A stretch of 63,283 nucleotides of DNA, filler included, from Basidiobolus ranarum (lineage: Eukaryota): the NCBI GenBank assembly GCA_040143965.1. It is 48 parts of 48 records of this genome, joined end to end, with 100 filler letters (N's around TTAATTAATTAA, not from the genome) between each part and the next. Parts side by side here need not be neighbours in the genome. Positions count along the whole stretch, not along the records: positions 48,914 to 50,130 come from JASJQH010005956.1; positions 50,231 to 51,446 come from JASJQH010005957.1; positions 51,547 to 52,762 come from JASJQH010005958.1; positions 52,863 to 54,078 come from JASJQH010005959.1; positions 54,179 to 55,394 come from JASJQH010005960.1; positions 55,495 to 56,709 come from JASJQH010005961.1; positions 56,810 to 58,024 come from JASJQH010005962.1; positions 58,125 to 59,339 come from JASJQH010005963.1; 40 more parts are not named here. One strand, given 5' to 3'. A program made the position numbers and the translations under genes. Numbering within the stretch: position 1 is the stretch's first letter; each line of letters opens with the position of its first letter. A model generated the notes under the pieces. The model was not told the DNA's origin. It did not search any database and saw only the letters and a program-made list of their open reading frames with translations. Shown here in pieces: positions 48,914-60,754 of this stretch.

Positions 48914-50097
48914 TAATCCTAGTCTCATTCCACTAATTTCCATTGTTGACAAACCATTTTTACCTTTGTTACTCCCTCCCACTCCACTTAACAGTGTCTT
49001 AGATTCTACTGACTTAACTTTTCTACTTTGCAACATTCATACAAATACTCCAGATCTCCTTATATTAGTTAAGAAACTACAAAATTAGTTATGGCTTCTT
49101 TGTTTTGTTTGAAATAAAGATGTCACCTTTTGGTGACTGTCTCCCCCCTAAGTATGGATATGATTCAGTATTGTCACAATATCTTCAAAGCTTGATGTCT
49201 TGATTGTCACTTTGTTTAGATTAGTATTTAAGCTATATAAAGTCTACACCATCTGGTGCTTTTCATCCCCCTAAGTGTTGATTGTCACTTTGTTTAGATT
49301 AGTATTTAAGCTAAATAAAGTCTACACCATCTGGTGCTTTTCATCCCCCCTAAGGCTTCTTTTCTTTTGTTTGAATCAAAGATTTCACCTGTTGGTGGCT
49401 GTTTCCCCCTAACCCTAACCCTAAGTTTGTGATACCAGTTCTGGAATATGGAGTACATATACTCCCACTCAACCAAAGAGACTACTCTAAGCTTGATACA
49501 TTCATAAGCTACTGCCTCAGGCTGCTGATGCCTGACTTATCTGAGACTCCCTATGATCATGCTCTGAATGGAACTTTTGGATTCTCCCCAATCATATTAG
49601 AGTAGTTTTACTCAGGGCAGGATTTCTACTCCAACTAAATTACTGCAGAAATCCACTGATTAAGAAGTGGCCAGCCATACCATCTTCAAATGCACCATCA
49701 TGCTGGAAATTGATACAAGATGATCCTCTGGTTTCTGAGTTAGCTTTACAGCTGCATGAAACAGAACAGCCTAAAATTGTTGCTATAGACTTCCAGCTAG
49801 ACTTTTGGAAGCAATACCTTACCTACTAGACACCTTTCTTGATTCCCATTATTCCAGGTTTTTGTCTTAATGTCCATCTGGTTTGTACTGAGTATCTTCC
49901 TTTCTGCTTACCACCATTGCCCCTTAACACTATATTTACATCCTCTGAACTTGATTACATAGGTCATCAGGTTAAGGATGGATATGATCCTGTATTGTCA
50001 CAATATCTTAAAAGCTTGATGTCTTGATTGTCACTTTGTTTAGATTAGTATTTAAGCTATATAAAGTCCACAACATCTGGTGCGTTTCATCCCCCTA
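48914..50097 (+). mobile_element. Head-to-tail array of five 5'-truncated LINE 3' ends from two families, each ending CCCCCTA(A)
   Basis: Units end at 49151, 49274, 49353, 49424 and 50097; the last encodes the LINE RT-thumb pattern KFVIPVLEYGVHILPL..YSKLDTFISYCLRLL. Confidence 0.82.
49407..49424 (+). repeat. (CCCTAA)3 telomere-type repeat at a LINE junction
   Basis: CCCTAACCCTAACCCTAA read directly. Confidence 0.9.
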
Positions 50098-50230
50098 GGC
50101 ATATAAGATCATGCATTTGCATTGGCTCTGNNNNNNNNNNNNNNNNNNNNNNNNNNNNNNNNNNNNNNNNNNNNTTAATTAATTAANNNNNNNNNNNNNN
50201 NNNNNNNNNNNNNNNNNNNNNNNNNNNNNN

Positions 50231-51446
50231 CCAAGTAAATTCCAATTGAGAATAATTGATAATATCTTAGTGAATTACAAGATAACTAAGTACTAAGCTA
50301 TATATGACTATATAGGTGCTTAGGCAATGCTAATTTCAACAAGAGCTTGCCATATATTCTGCTTCTGTAGTTGATAACGTGACAGTTTGTTGTTTCTTGC
50401 TAATCCAGCTATTAGCCCACCTGCTAGCTTAAACACATATCCAGTTCTGGACTTATGGTCTTCTGTATTGTTAGCCCAGTCTGCATCAGCATATCCTTCC
50501 AAAATAAGGGACATGTTGTACTGCTTACTAAATTGAATTTCATGATATATTGTTCCTTTCAGATAGCATATTAATTGTTTCACAGCTATCCAATGTTCCA
50601 TTGCAGGATTATCCATATATTTGCTTACTATGCTTACTGCTGTAGCAATATCAGGCCTAATACCAGTTGTTGCATATATGAGACTTCCAACTGCACCACA
50701 GTAAGGAGTATGTTTCATGATTTCAATATCTTCAGAGGTTTTTGGTTCCATATCCTTAGTAAGTTTCAGCATACATAGTGGATTAAAAGCTGTTTAACAT
50801 TCAAACATATTGAATCTGTTTAAACATCTCCAATATATTTTTCTTGTGTAATACAGAGGGTTCCAATAGTGGAATTTTGATATATCCGCATTCCAAGGAA
50901 ATGTGCTAGTGATCCAAGATCTTGCATTTCAAACTTGGTAGATAGCCAGGTCTCTGTTTGTTTTGTCAGATTCAAGCAATTACTAACTATTATGATATGA
51001 GCAATATAGAGAGCAATTATGACTTTGGTTGCTTTGATAGTCTTGAAGTATATGCAGTGATCAGCTTTGCTACAATAGAAAAGATGTTTCATGAAGATCT
51101 GATTGATTTTGATATTCCATGCACAAGGAGCCTGTTTCAGACCATATAGACTTCTCTGTAACTTGCATACTTGATGTTCTTTTCCTTTTGCAATATATCC
51201 CTCTGGCTGATCCATATATATATATTCATCAATTTCATCATTAAGAAATGCTGTTTTGACATCCATTTGTTCAATCAGCATTCCTTGGTGGGTAGCAATT
51301 GTTAAAATTAGCATTGCCTAAACATCTATATAGTCATGTATAGCTTAGTACTTAGTTATCTTATAATTCACTAAGATATTATCAATTATTCTCAATTGGA
51401 ATTTACTTAGAAGTTCTCAGATATATAGATTTTTCAAACTTGTGCT
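50231..51446. mobile_element. Copia RT-RNase H (-, 50342-51299) bounded by two oppositely oriented Copia-A LTR starts
   Basis: QMDVKTAFLN, LYGLKQAP, EGYADADWA; LTR termini at 50341 and 51300. Confidence 0.92.
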
Positions 51447-51546
51447 NNNNNNNNNNNNNNNNNNNNNNNNNNNNNNNNNNNNNNNNNNNNTTAATTAATT
51501 AANNNNNNNNNNNNNNNNNNNNNNNNNNNNNNNNNNNNNNNNNNNN

Positions 51547-52762
51547 CTAGGAATATAAAGGTGACAAAGCAGCATTCAAGTTGTAAATGTGTAAAATTTG
51601 AGTTACATTTTTTGCACATGTATTGATCCATAGTTCTCTGAGATTGTAGCCAATCATGTGCAACTATTTTGCAAGATTGTGAAATCTCACTCCCAAAACT
51701 GAAAAAATTGATTAAAATCAAATCTAACTGGACAATTTTATCATGGTAAGTAAATAGTCAATCCCATATGGATTAAATTGTGACAGTTTTCCTACAGTAA
51801 CAATCCTCAAACTTCTGTTAGGGCAGCTAGCTGATATACATATCCAGTTCTGGACTTACAGTCGTCTGGATTGTTATCCCAGTCTGCATCAGCATATCCT
51901 TCCAAGATAAGTGACATGTTGTACTGCCTATGGTGAATTGTTCCTTTCAGATAGTCAATTATCCATTTCACAGCTATCCAATGTTCCATTTCAAGATTTG
52001 CCATATATTTGCTTACTATGCATACTGCTGTAGCAATATCTGGCCTAGTACCCATTGTTACATATATGAGACTTCCAACTGCACTATGGTAAGGAATATG
52101 CTTCATGATTTCAATTTCTTCAGAGGTCTTTAGTTTCACATTGTTATTGAGTTGCAGCATACATAGTGGATTGGAAGCTGTTTTACATTCTGACAAATTG
52201 ATTCTGTGTAAAACCTCTCCAATAAATTATTCTTGTTTAATATAGAGTGTTCCAATATTGGAATTTTATTATATCTGCATTCCAAGGCATTAAGCCAGTG
52301 ATCCAAGTTCTTGCATTTGAAACTCAGTAGATAACCAAGTCTTAGTTTCTTTCATTAGATTTGAGCAATTACTAACTATTATGATATCATCAACATAGAG
52401 AGCAATTATGACTTTTGAGGCTTGGATAGTCTGGAAGTACATGCTGTATTCAGCTTTGCTATAATGGAAAAGATGTTTCATGTGGATCTGATTGATTTTG
52501 GTATTCCATGCACAAGGAGCCTATTTTAGACCATATAGACTTCTCTGTAGTTTACATACTCCTAACAAAAATAAAATCAATGTGATCCTGATTGGATCCA
52601 CTCTCCAAAATAGCAAAACCATTAAAGAACCATCACAATATTGTTGGCTTGCATTCTGCCAGGGATTTTGATGGTGTGACAGTGGTTTCTTGATGGTGAC
52701 TTAATGGTATTCATACATGTTAAAATACTGATCCTGAAATTTGGCATGCGTTATTCAATATC
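51547..52762. mobile_element. CACTA end B (to 51823), Copia RT-RNase H (-), CACTA end A (from 52560)
   Basis: TIRs; ALYVDDII, GTRPDIA, GYADADW. Confidence 0.9.
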
Positions 52763-52862
52763 NNNNNNNNNNNNNNNNNNNNNNNNNNNNNNNNNNNNNN
52801 NNNNNNTTAATTAATTAANNNNNNNNNNNNNNNNNNNNNNNNNNNNNNNNNNNNNNNNNNNN

Positions 52863-54078
52863 CAAGGTGACAAATTATCATTCAATTGGTAAATGTGTAA
52901 ACTTTGAGTTATGTTTTTTTCACATGTGTTGATCCATAGTTCTCTGAGATTGTAGTCAATCATGTGCAACTATTCTGCAAGATCCTGAAGTTTCACTCCT
53001 GCAACTGAAAAAATTGATTAAAAGCTAATCAAACTTGACAATTTTTTGACAGTCAGTAAATGGTGATCCCAAATGGATTAAAACTGTGACAGTTTTCCTA
53101 CAATAATAATCCTTATATTTCTGTTAGGGTGAATACATCTCTAGCTGGATTTCTTTCTTTTCCAAGTTGAAAATTACATATATTTTGAGATGTTTTATGA
53201 AGAGGCCTATAATGAGCCTATTGCCATTTACTTGCAAAAACACAGGGCAAGCCACAGGCAATAAGTCAAGAATCTTCTGAGTAAAGCCTGGTCTTTGGTT
53301 TTTCCACAATTGGCTCAAATCAAGGGGCTTTCTGGCAAGATTCCGCACAGTTTCCAAGATTTTATACCACTCATCATCAGAGCAAGTGATGGCAGCTCTG
53401 ACATTCCAAGTCTTTTGGTTTGCCACTATTCCAATGAGATTTCTACTTTGATGTGCCCAGACAATTTTGAGCTGTTGTGTTGGCTTAATGGTACAGCACA
53501 TATTCTGCTCTGCTGGAGTAGCATGTTGCTGTAGCTCAAGTACAGCATTCTGAAGGTCTTGTATCATTGTTGAGTGACTCTTTAACTGTTGACTAGTTGC
53601 TTCCAAATGCTGCATTAATTGCGATATTGCAGCATTATTGCTTGTCATGGCCTGTATAGCAACTTCATAGCTTTTACTTATGATAGCATACAAATTATTA
53701 CGGTGTTCTGCCTGCAATTCCCTTGTTGTAATAATTCTATCCAAATTTTCTATGGAGGGTTGCTCAATAGTGGGCAAAGTAGCCATTTTGGAAGTTGATG
53801 GTCTTGAGGGTGTTTTGATTGAACTTTGCTCACCTATTGATTTACTACATAATTGGGGGATTACAATCTCTTCACTTGCACTATTGCCGGAAAGGAACAC
53901 ATCTGGTAAATTGGTTAATGCTTCATCATTACTTGAGTTAGTTACCGGCATGTTAATGCCATCCAAAGTGGATAGTGGATCGCTACACTGCTCATCAATT
54001 AAGTCCTCTGTTCTTGCTGGTTTTTTCCTTTTGTGCTAACAGGCTTTGGCTTGGAAGTCAATTTTGACTTAGATTTTG
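52863..54078 (-). mobile_element. CACTA ORF2 (53130-54078), truncated by insertion of another copy's end B (terminus 53129)
   Basis: The 280-aa ORF stops at the TAA inside the incoming TIR CCCTAACAG. Confidence 0.82.
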
Positions 54079-54178
54079 NNNNNNNNNNNNNNNNNNNNNN
54101 NNNNNNNNNNNNNNNNNNNNNNTTAATTAATTAANNNNNNNNNNNNNNNNNNNNNNNNNNNNNNNNNNNNNNNNNNNN

Positions 54179-55080
54179 ACATATATATAAAATATATGTT
54201 CCGATTTGCAGCTAAGTGATATTTGACTAAATAATGATGACTAACTAATATGTGATATATGAAATAGTTAGGTGTATAAAGATAGGGATAACATATATGA
54301 TAAAGACAATAAACTTCAACAAGAGTAAGTACCTTTATAATTGGACTAATTTGCTTGTGTGATAATCCAATGGTATTTTTAGGAAAGCTGCAAGACAGAC
54401 TTCTTGGTGAGATAGATTGAGACACACAATATTATTGTTTTAGCCATGGGGTAATCTATTGAAGCAATGATACATCTACTTGTGGCAGGACATTTGTTGA
54501 CTGCAAGTTGGGGATATGTTGGCTAAATTTTTTATGGAAATTTGGCAAAATCCAAGAGCTTATTCTCATTGTGAATGGTAACAAGAGTCAGCTATTTGCC
54601 AAGTGTCAGTGCTATTCAAAATTTCAGATGTTTAGCAATTTTTGCACCATTAGTTTGCTGGTAATGCATATTGATGTTGTTGAGTTATGTCTAATCAGTC
54701 AAATATGTGCATATGTAGAGACTAAATATAACAAGATTCTTGTATTTTTTGATTCTCATTATGGCTGGAATACAAAGCCTAAAATATCTAAATAAAGGCA
54801 TGCATATTAATTCAAATTCCTACAACAGTAAACCCAGGAATTTGCCATTCAAAAATTATAATTTGCAAAAATTGCTAGATATTGAATAATGCATGCCAAA
54901 TTTGGGGTTCAATATTTTAACATATATGAATACTGTTAAGTTACCATCAAGAAACAACCATCACACCATCAAAATCCCTGGCAGAATGCAAGCCAACAAA
55001 ATTGTGATGGTTCTCTGACGGTATTGCTATTTTGGAGGGTGGATTGGATCCGGATCAAATTGATTTTATTTTTGTTAGGG
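54179..55080. mobile_element. LTR-B 5' part (-, to 54321) inserted in the CACTA 3' region, which runs to end A at 55080
   Basis: AAACTTCAACA junction; TTTTGTTAGGG terminus. Confidence 0.85.
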
Positions 55081-55394
55081 AAATCATATATGTTGGGATC
55101 CAGGGATTATTGATGGCCCAAAATGTTTGAATTTATCAAGACTTATGTTTCCACCTGTGATACTTGTGCTTGAGTGAAGACTCCAAGACATCAGCCCTAT
55201 GGCCTCCTACAGCCACTTCCAATTCCTGATCAGCAGTGGAAATCCATATCCCTGGATTTCATAACTGATCTACCCATGTCTGCCAAATATGATTCAATTC
55301 TGGTAATTGTTGACCATCTAACAAAGATGGCCCACTTTGTGCCCTGCAACAAGTCAATTGATGCAAAACAAACAGCAGAATTGGTAACTCAAAA
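55081..55394 (+). mobile_element. Ty3/Gypsy integrase fragment
   Basis: YVSTCDTC, PYGLLQPLPIP, WKSISLDFITDLP, ILVIVDHLTKMAHFVP. Confidence 0.93.
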
Positions 55395-55494
55395 NNNNNN
55401 NNNNNNNNNNNNNNNNNNNNNNNNNNNNNNNNNNNNNNTTAATTAATTAANNNNNNNNNNNNNNNNNNNNNNNNNNNNNNNNNNNNNNNNNNNN

Positions 55495-56709
55495 CTTGTT
55501 ACTGTTCACAATGACAATAAGCTCTTGGATTTTGGCAAATTTTGGTCAAACATTCAGCCAATATATCCCCAACTTGCAGTCAACAAATGTCCTGCCACAA
55601 AGAGACGTGTCATTGCTTGAATAGATTACCCCATGGCTAAAACAATAGTACTGCTTATCTCCATCTATCTCACCAACAAGTTTGTCTTGCAGCTTTCCCA
55701 AAAATTCCATGAGATTATCACACAAGCAAATTTGTCCAATTATAGAGGTACTTACTGTGTATCCATTGATTGGGCTTTGTTGCTGTTATTGTGCTCAAAC
55801 AATGCAAAAACCTGTGAGCACATTGAAAAGAGTCCTTTGTTGGCAGATTAATGTACTCTGGAGTCTCCTTAACCCATTCCACTACATCCATCACTGCTTT
55901 TGCTGATACATTGTTCATCAGATTAGCATATGGTAATACAAACAATTTCACACAGAGCATCATTTCACCACAGGTGAATCTCCATTGGGAACTCCTAGAA
56001 TGTATAGCAAGGGCCTATAATCTCTAAGCATTGTGAAAGATGCAGCAGGGAATGTATTGAATACTGGCATAGATTCAGTCTATCTTCTTTAAACCTGTAA
56101 TAAAGTTTTTCATATCCAATTACAAAATCTTTGCACAGTTGCTGTATCTGCCTGAGATCTGCCAATGTGAGTTGATGCCGTAAGAATATATTAACAATAT
56201 TGACAAACAACTCCCAATGTTGCCAATACTTATCAGGCAGAAATCTTTTCAAAATTCCACTTGAATATATACAAATCCAATACTTCCAGTCTTTTTATTT
56301 GAATAAATCACTAGATGAGTGGGTATTGATGGGAGTCCTGGTAAAACATGATGGTATCTTGAAGTTTTCAAGCATTTTCCCAATGGATTCAAACTTTGAT
56401 CCTATCTCAAATGGCTCATTCATATTGAATTTTTCACTATATAGATGAGTAAGTAGTATCAGAATGTTGTTGAGTAGTAATTGCATAGTGCCCAATGGGA
56501 AGCTCTGGCTTCAGCTGATCCCCTTTAGCAGAATAATCTTAGGCTTATGGCTAAAACCAAGTTTGATGTTAGACTGACTATTTGGTGAATTGCTATCAGT
56601 GATTATATAGAAATCTGACCGGGCTCTTGATGGTAAAATCATGAAGTTTAGTGTTGTATTCAGATAGTAGTAATGCGTATGCCTGTTAGAGTAAGCTCCA
56701 TTGATTTGA
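55495..56709 (-). mobile_element. CACTA transposase C-terminal half, degenerate
   Basis: GTMQLLLNN, FVIGYEKLYY, IHSLLHLSQCLEIIGPCY. Confidence 0.88.
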
Positions 56710-56809
56710 NNNNNNNNNNNNNNNNNNNNNNNNNNNNNNNNNNNNNNNNNNNNTTAATTAATTAANNNNNNNNNNNNNNNNNNNNNNNNNNNNNNNNNNN
56801 NNNNNNNNN

Positions 56810-58024
56810 CTTGGTGGCCAAGCAATAGTCAAGGATGTTGGTGGAACATGGAAAGATTTGACGGATAAAGTAAATATGATGGCTTCGAACCTTACCAATC
56901 AAGTTCGAGATATTGCGAACGTAAGTAAAGCAGTTGCTCGAGGTGACCTCTCCAAAAAGGTTACAGTCAATGTGAAAGGCGAGATGCTAGATCTCAAAAA
57001 TACCATCAATACAATGGTAGATCAGCTACAAACATTTGCGTCTGAGGTAACTCGAGTGGCTCGAGAAGTAGGAACAGAAGGAAAACTCGGTGGTCAAGCA
57101 GTAGTCAAAGATGTCGGTGGAACATGGAAGGATCTCACAGAGAATGTCAACTTAATGGCTTCTAATCTCACAGCACAGGTTCGAGATATAGCAAACGTGA
57201 GTAAAGCCATTTCAGTGGGAGATTTATCTAAAAAGGTTACAGTCGATGTCAAAGGAGAGATCAATGAGCTCAAGGTCACTATCAACACAATGGTGGATCA
57301 ACTGCAAACATTTGCCTCTGAGGTAACCAGAGTCGCACGAGAGGTTGGCACAGAAGGTAATCTGGGTGGCCAAGCAGTGGTTAAAGACGTGGGAGGAACC
57401 TGGAAAGATCTAACCGATAATGTAAACATGATGGCCTCGAACCTTACAAACCAAGTTCGAGATATTGCCAATGTGAGCAAAGCTGTTGCGCGAGGAGATC
57501 TGTCGAAAAAGGTCACAGTCGATGTCAAAGGAGAGATCAATGAGCTCAAAGTCACCATCAATACAATGGTGGATCAACTGCAGACGTTCGCCTCCGAAGT
57601 GACTAGGGTTGCACGAGAAGTAGGAACAGAAGGCAAGCTTGGTGGCCAAGCAGTAGTCAAGGATGTTGGAGGAACTTGGAAAGATCTGACTGATAATGTC
57701 AACCTAATGGCATCTAATCTAACCAACCAAGTCCGAGATATTGCTCACGTTAGCAAGGCTATATCCGTCGGAGATTTGTCAAAAAAAGTTACAGTTGATG
57801 TCAAAGGAGAAATCAATGAGCTCAAAGTCACCATCAATACAATGGTAGATCAACTGCAGACGTTCGCCTCCGAGGTGACCAGGGTCGCCCGAGAGGTAGG
57901 AACAGAAGGAAAACTTGGTGGCCAAGCAATAGTCAAGGATGTTGGTGGAACATGGAAAGATTTGACGGATAAAGTAAATATGATGGCTTCGAACCTTACC
58001 AATCAAGTTCGAGATATTGCGAAC
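56810..58024 (+). CDS. NIK1: Group III hybrid histidine kinase (NIK1/OS-1-like), poly-HAMP repeat region
   Basis: Uninterrupted 92-aa repeats: [73 protein letters not shown]. Confidence 0.9.
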
Positions 58025-58124
58025 NNNNNNNNNNNNNNNNNNNNNNNNNNNNNNNNNNNNNNNNNNNNTTAATTAATTAANNNNNNNNNNNNNNNNNNNN
58101 NNNNNNNNNNNNNNNNNNNNNNNN

Positions 58125-59339
58125 CACTTTTACCACAGTTGGTTGGCAGCTGTTGCTTGTCACTGACCTGGTACAAGTGGAAAACACTTGTCAACTGTAT
58201 GACTTATAATTGTTCAGTAATTAAACTTCCTTCATGTCCAAATGGTTGTTTGGCTTTCACCGGTGATTCAAAAAACCTTAAGTCATAAACTGCTTGCACA
58301 CAATTGGCAATCACTGAATCATGTAAATATTGTTCATATTTGGCTTACATACTGTTGATTCCCTGTCTTAAAGTTTTGATGAAATCACCCAAATATAGAT
58401 CATTGATCCAATACCAAAGTACTCACTGTAAAGATGATGGTATTACCAATATACTTGATGGATATCACTACCAGAATCTGAAAAGTCAAGGTTTTGTTGA
58501 GTACATATGATCATGCATTTGCACTGGCTCTGGATGGTTTCTCACCAAAAAAATACACCATTGGAAAGGCATGCTGGCCAATAATTTCAATCAACTTAAA
58601 TCTTCCTGCTTCTGAACGGTATAAGAGTCATAATACTTTGATACTATCCACCATATCTGGACCTAAATCAGCAGTACTTATCAATAGATTCTTGAAGCCA
58701 TTGATTGCGGAATTTGAACAGTTATCAAACTTGGTATTAGCCATAAGCCTAAGATTATATTGCTAAAGGGGATCAGCTGGAGCCAGAGCTTCCTATTAGG
58801 CACTATGCATTTACTATTCAACAACATTCATATACCACTTACTCAGCTATATAGTGGAAAATTCAATAAGAATGAGCCATTTGAGATAGGATAAAAGTAT
58901 GAATTGATTGGGAAAATGCTTGAAAACGTCAAGATACCATCATATTTTCCCAGGACTCCCATCAATATCCACTCATCTAGGCATTTATTCAAATGCAAAG
59001 ACTAGAAGTATTGGATTTGTATACATTCAAGTGGAATTTTGAAAAGTTTTCTGCCTGATAAGTATTGAAAACATTGGGAGTTATTTGTGGATATTGTTAA
59101 TGTATTCTTATGGCATCTGTTGAAATTAGCATCGCCCAAACACCTATATAGTCATATATAGCTTAGTACTTAGTTATCTTTTAATTCACTAAGACAGTAT
59201 TGATTTTTCTCAATTGGAATTTACTTAAAATATTTTTACCAACTTAGAAGTTCTCAGATATAGAGATTTTTCAAACTTGTGCTAGAAGCCCCAAACTTTG
59301 CACACATGTTCCTGGGACCTTCCTTAACATATTCTACAT
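58125..59339 (+). mobile_element. CACTA transposase with internal deletion (to 59117), interrupted by a Copia-A LTR (from 59118)
   Basis: ALALDGF, WPIISINLNLP; TGTTGAAATTAGCAT junction. Confidence 0.88.
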
Positions 59340-59439
59340 NNNNNNNNNNNNNNNNNNNNNNNNNNNNNNNNNNNNNNNNNNNNTTAATTAATTAANNNNN
59401 NNNNNNNNNNNNNNNNNNNNNNNNNNNNNNNNNNNNNNN

Positions 59440-60654
59440 TGGACTTTGCAGATATCTGGGAAGAACCAAATACAGAGTGGCACAATGTTGCAGGGTATCC
59501 ACCAGATAGCTGGAAGAATGTTGATTCAGCAATGTTACAACAATGGTGAGCTTTGATGGAAATAATGATACAAACTTTTGTTGGATATTAGTTAAACCTT
59601 GGGTATGAAGAACCCTATAAAACTATTTGAAAGAATTGTTGGATAATTAATGCTTATTCAACCCTAACAGAAATTGGAGGGTTGTTATTGTAGGAAAACC
59701 ATCACAATTTTAATCCATTTGGGATTGACCATTTACTTACCTTCATAGAATCTTCTAGTTAGATTTGACTTTAATCAATTTTTTCAGTTTCAGGAGTGAA
59801 ATTTCAATATTCCGCAAAATAGTTGTGCATGATTGGCTACAATCTCAGAGAACTATGGATCAACACATGTGCAAAATTGTAACACAAATTTTACACAATT
59901 ACCACTTGAACGCTAATTTGTCACCTTCAAAATCCCTACTCCCTTTGATACATTCTCCTGAATATTTTTTATAGAGTTCTTCATACCCAAGGTTTAGCTC
60001 ATACCCAACACAAGTTTTTATCACTATCTCCATCAGAGCCCATCATTGTATTAACATTGCTGAATCAACATTCTTCCAGCTATCTGGTGGATACCCTGCA
60101 ATACTGTGCCACTCTGTATTTGGTTCTTCCCAGATATCTGCATTGTCAACACCTGATTGAATGTCAAGTTGAAGGTTCTTCTTCTTTAGCCACTTTCTGC
60201 ATATTTGCACTGCATTTTCCCTTCATACTTTTGAAAATACTCCGCAAGCTCTCTTACTAGTTTTGTACATCCTTGTAGTTTGACACTACTCAGGGTGCTT
60301 TGCAGTGTTTGTGTGGGTTTTTGGTTGCCTTTAACTTTGGGCTTATTTCAGCACTTTGAAAAGTACCAATTGAGGTTGGAGAGCCATGAGTTTTATTTAC
60401 TGGTGTTTTATCCTGTTGAGAGGTGCCAGGTGTTGGATAAACTTCTGAATTTAGCACTCTTCCAACTGATATATCCGGTTTCATGGTGAAATTAGCTTTT
60501 TAGCCAGTATATCTGACTCGGGAATTGCAGATATTTGTGATGGTGCAAAGAATTTGGTAAGTAGGACAGTAGAGCCTAAACTCACTGGCTCCTTTGCTTT
60601 TCCCTTGGGTTTACTAACTTCCTGCTCCTTCAGTACTTCTTTAGCTGCTTTTCT
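59440..60654. mobile_element. Nested CACTA end-B regions; the copy starting at 59662 extends into the probable ORF2 3' part (-)
   Basis: CCCTAACAGAAATT at 59662; homologous to 14582-15432. Confidence 0.8.
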
Positions 60655-60754
60655 NNNNNNNNNNNNNNNNNNNNNNNNNNNNNNNNNNNNNNNNNNNNTT
60701 AATTAATTAANNNNNNNNNNNNNNNNNNNNNNNNNNNNNNNNNNNNNNNNNNNN

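Noticed and set aside
49230-49274. Helitron 3' end (hairpin + CTRR)
   Set aside because: The upstream sequence encodes a LINE RT thumb, units are variably 5'-truncated, and tails extend into CCCTAA repeats.
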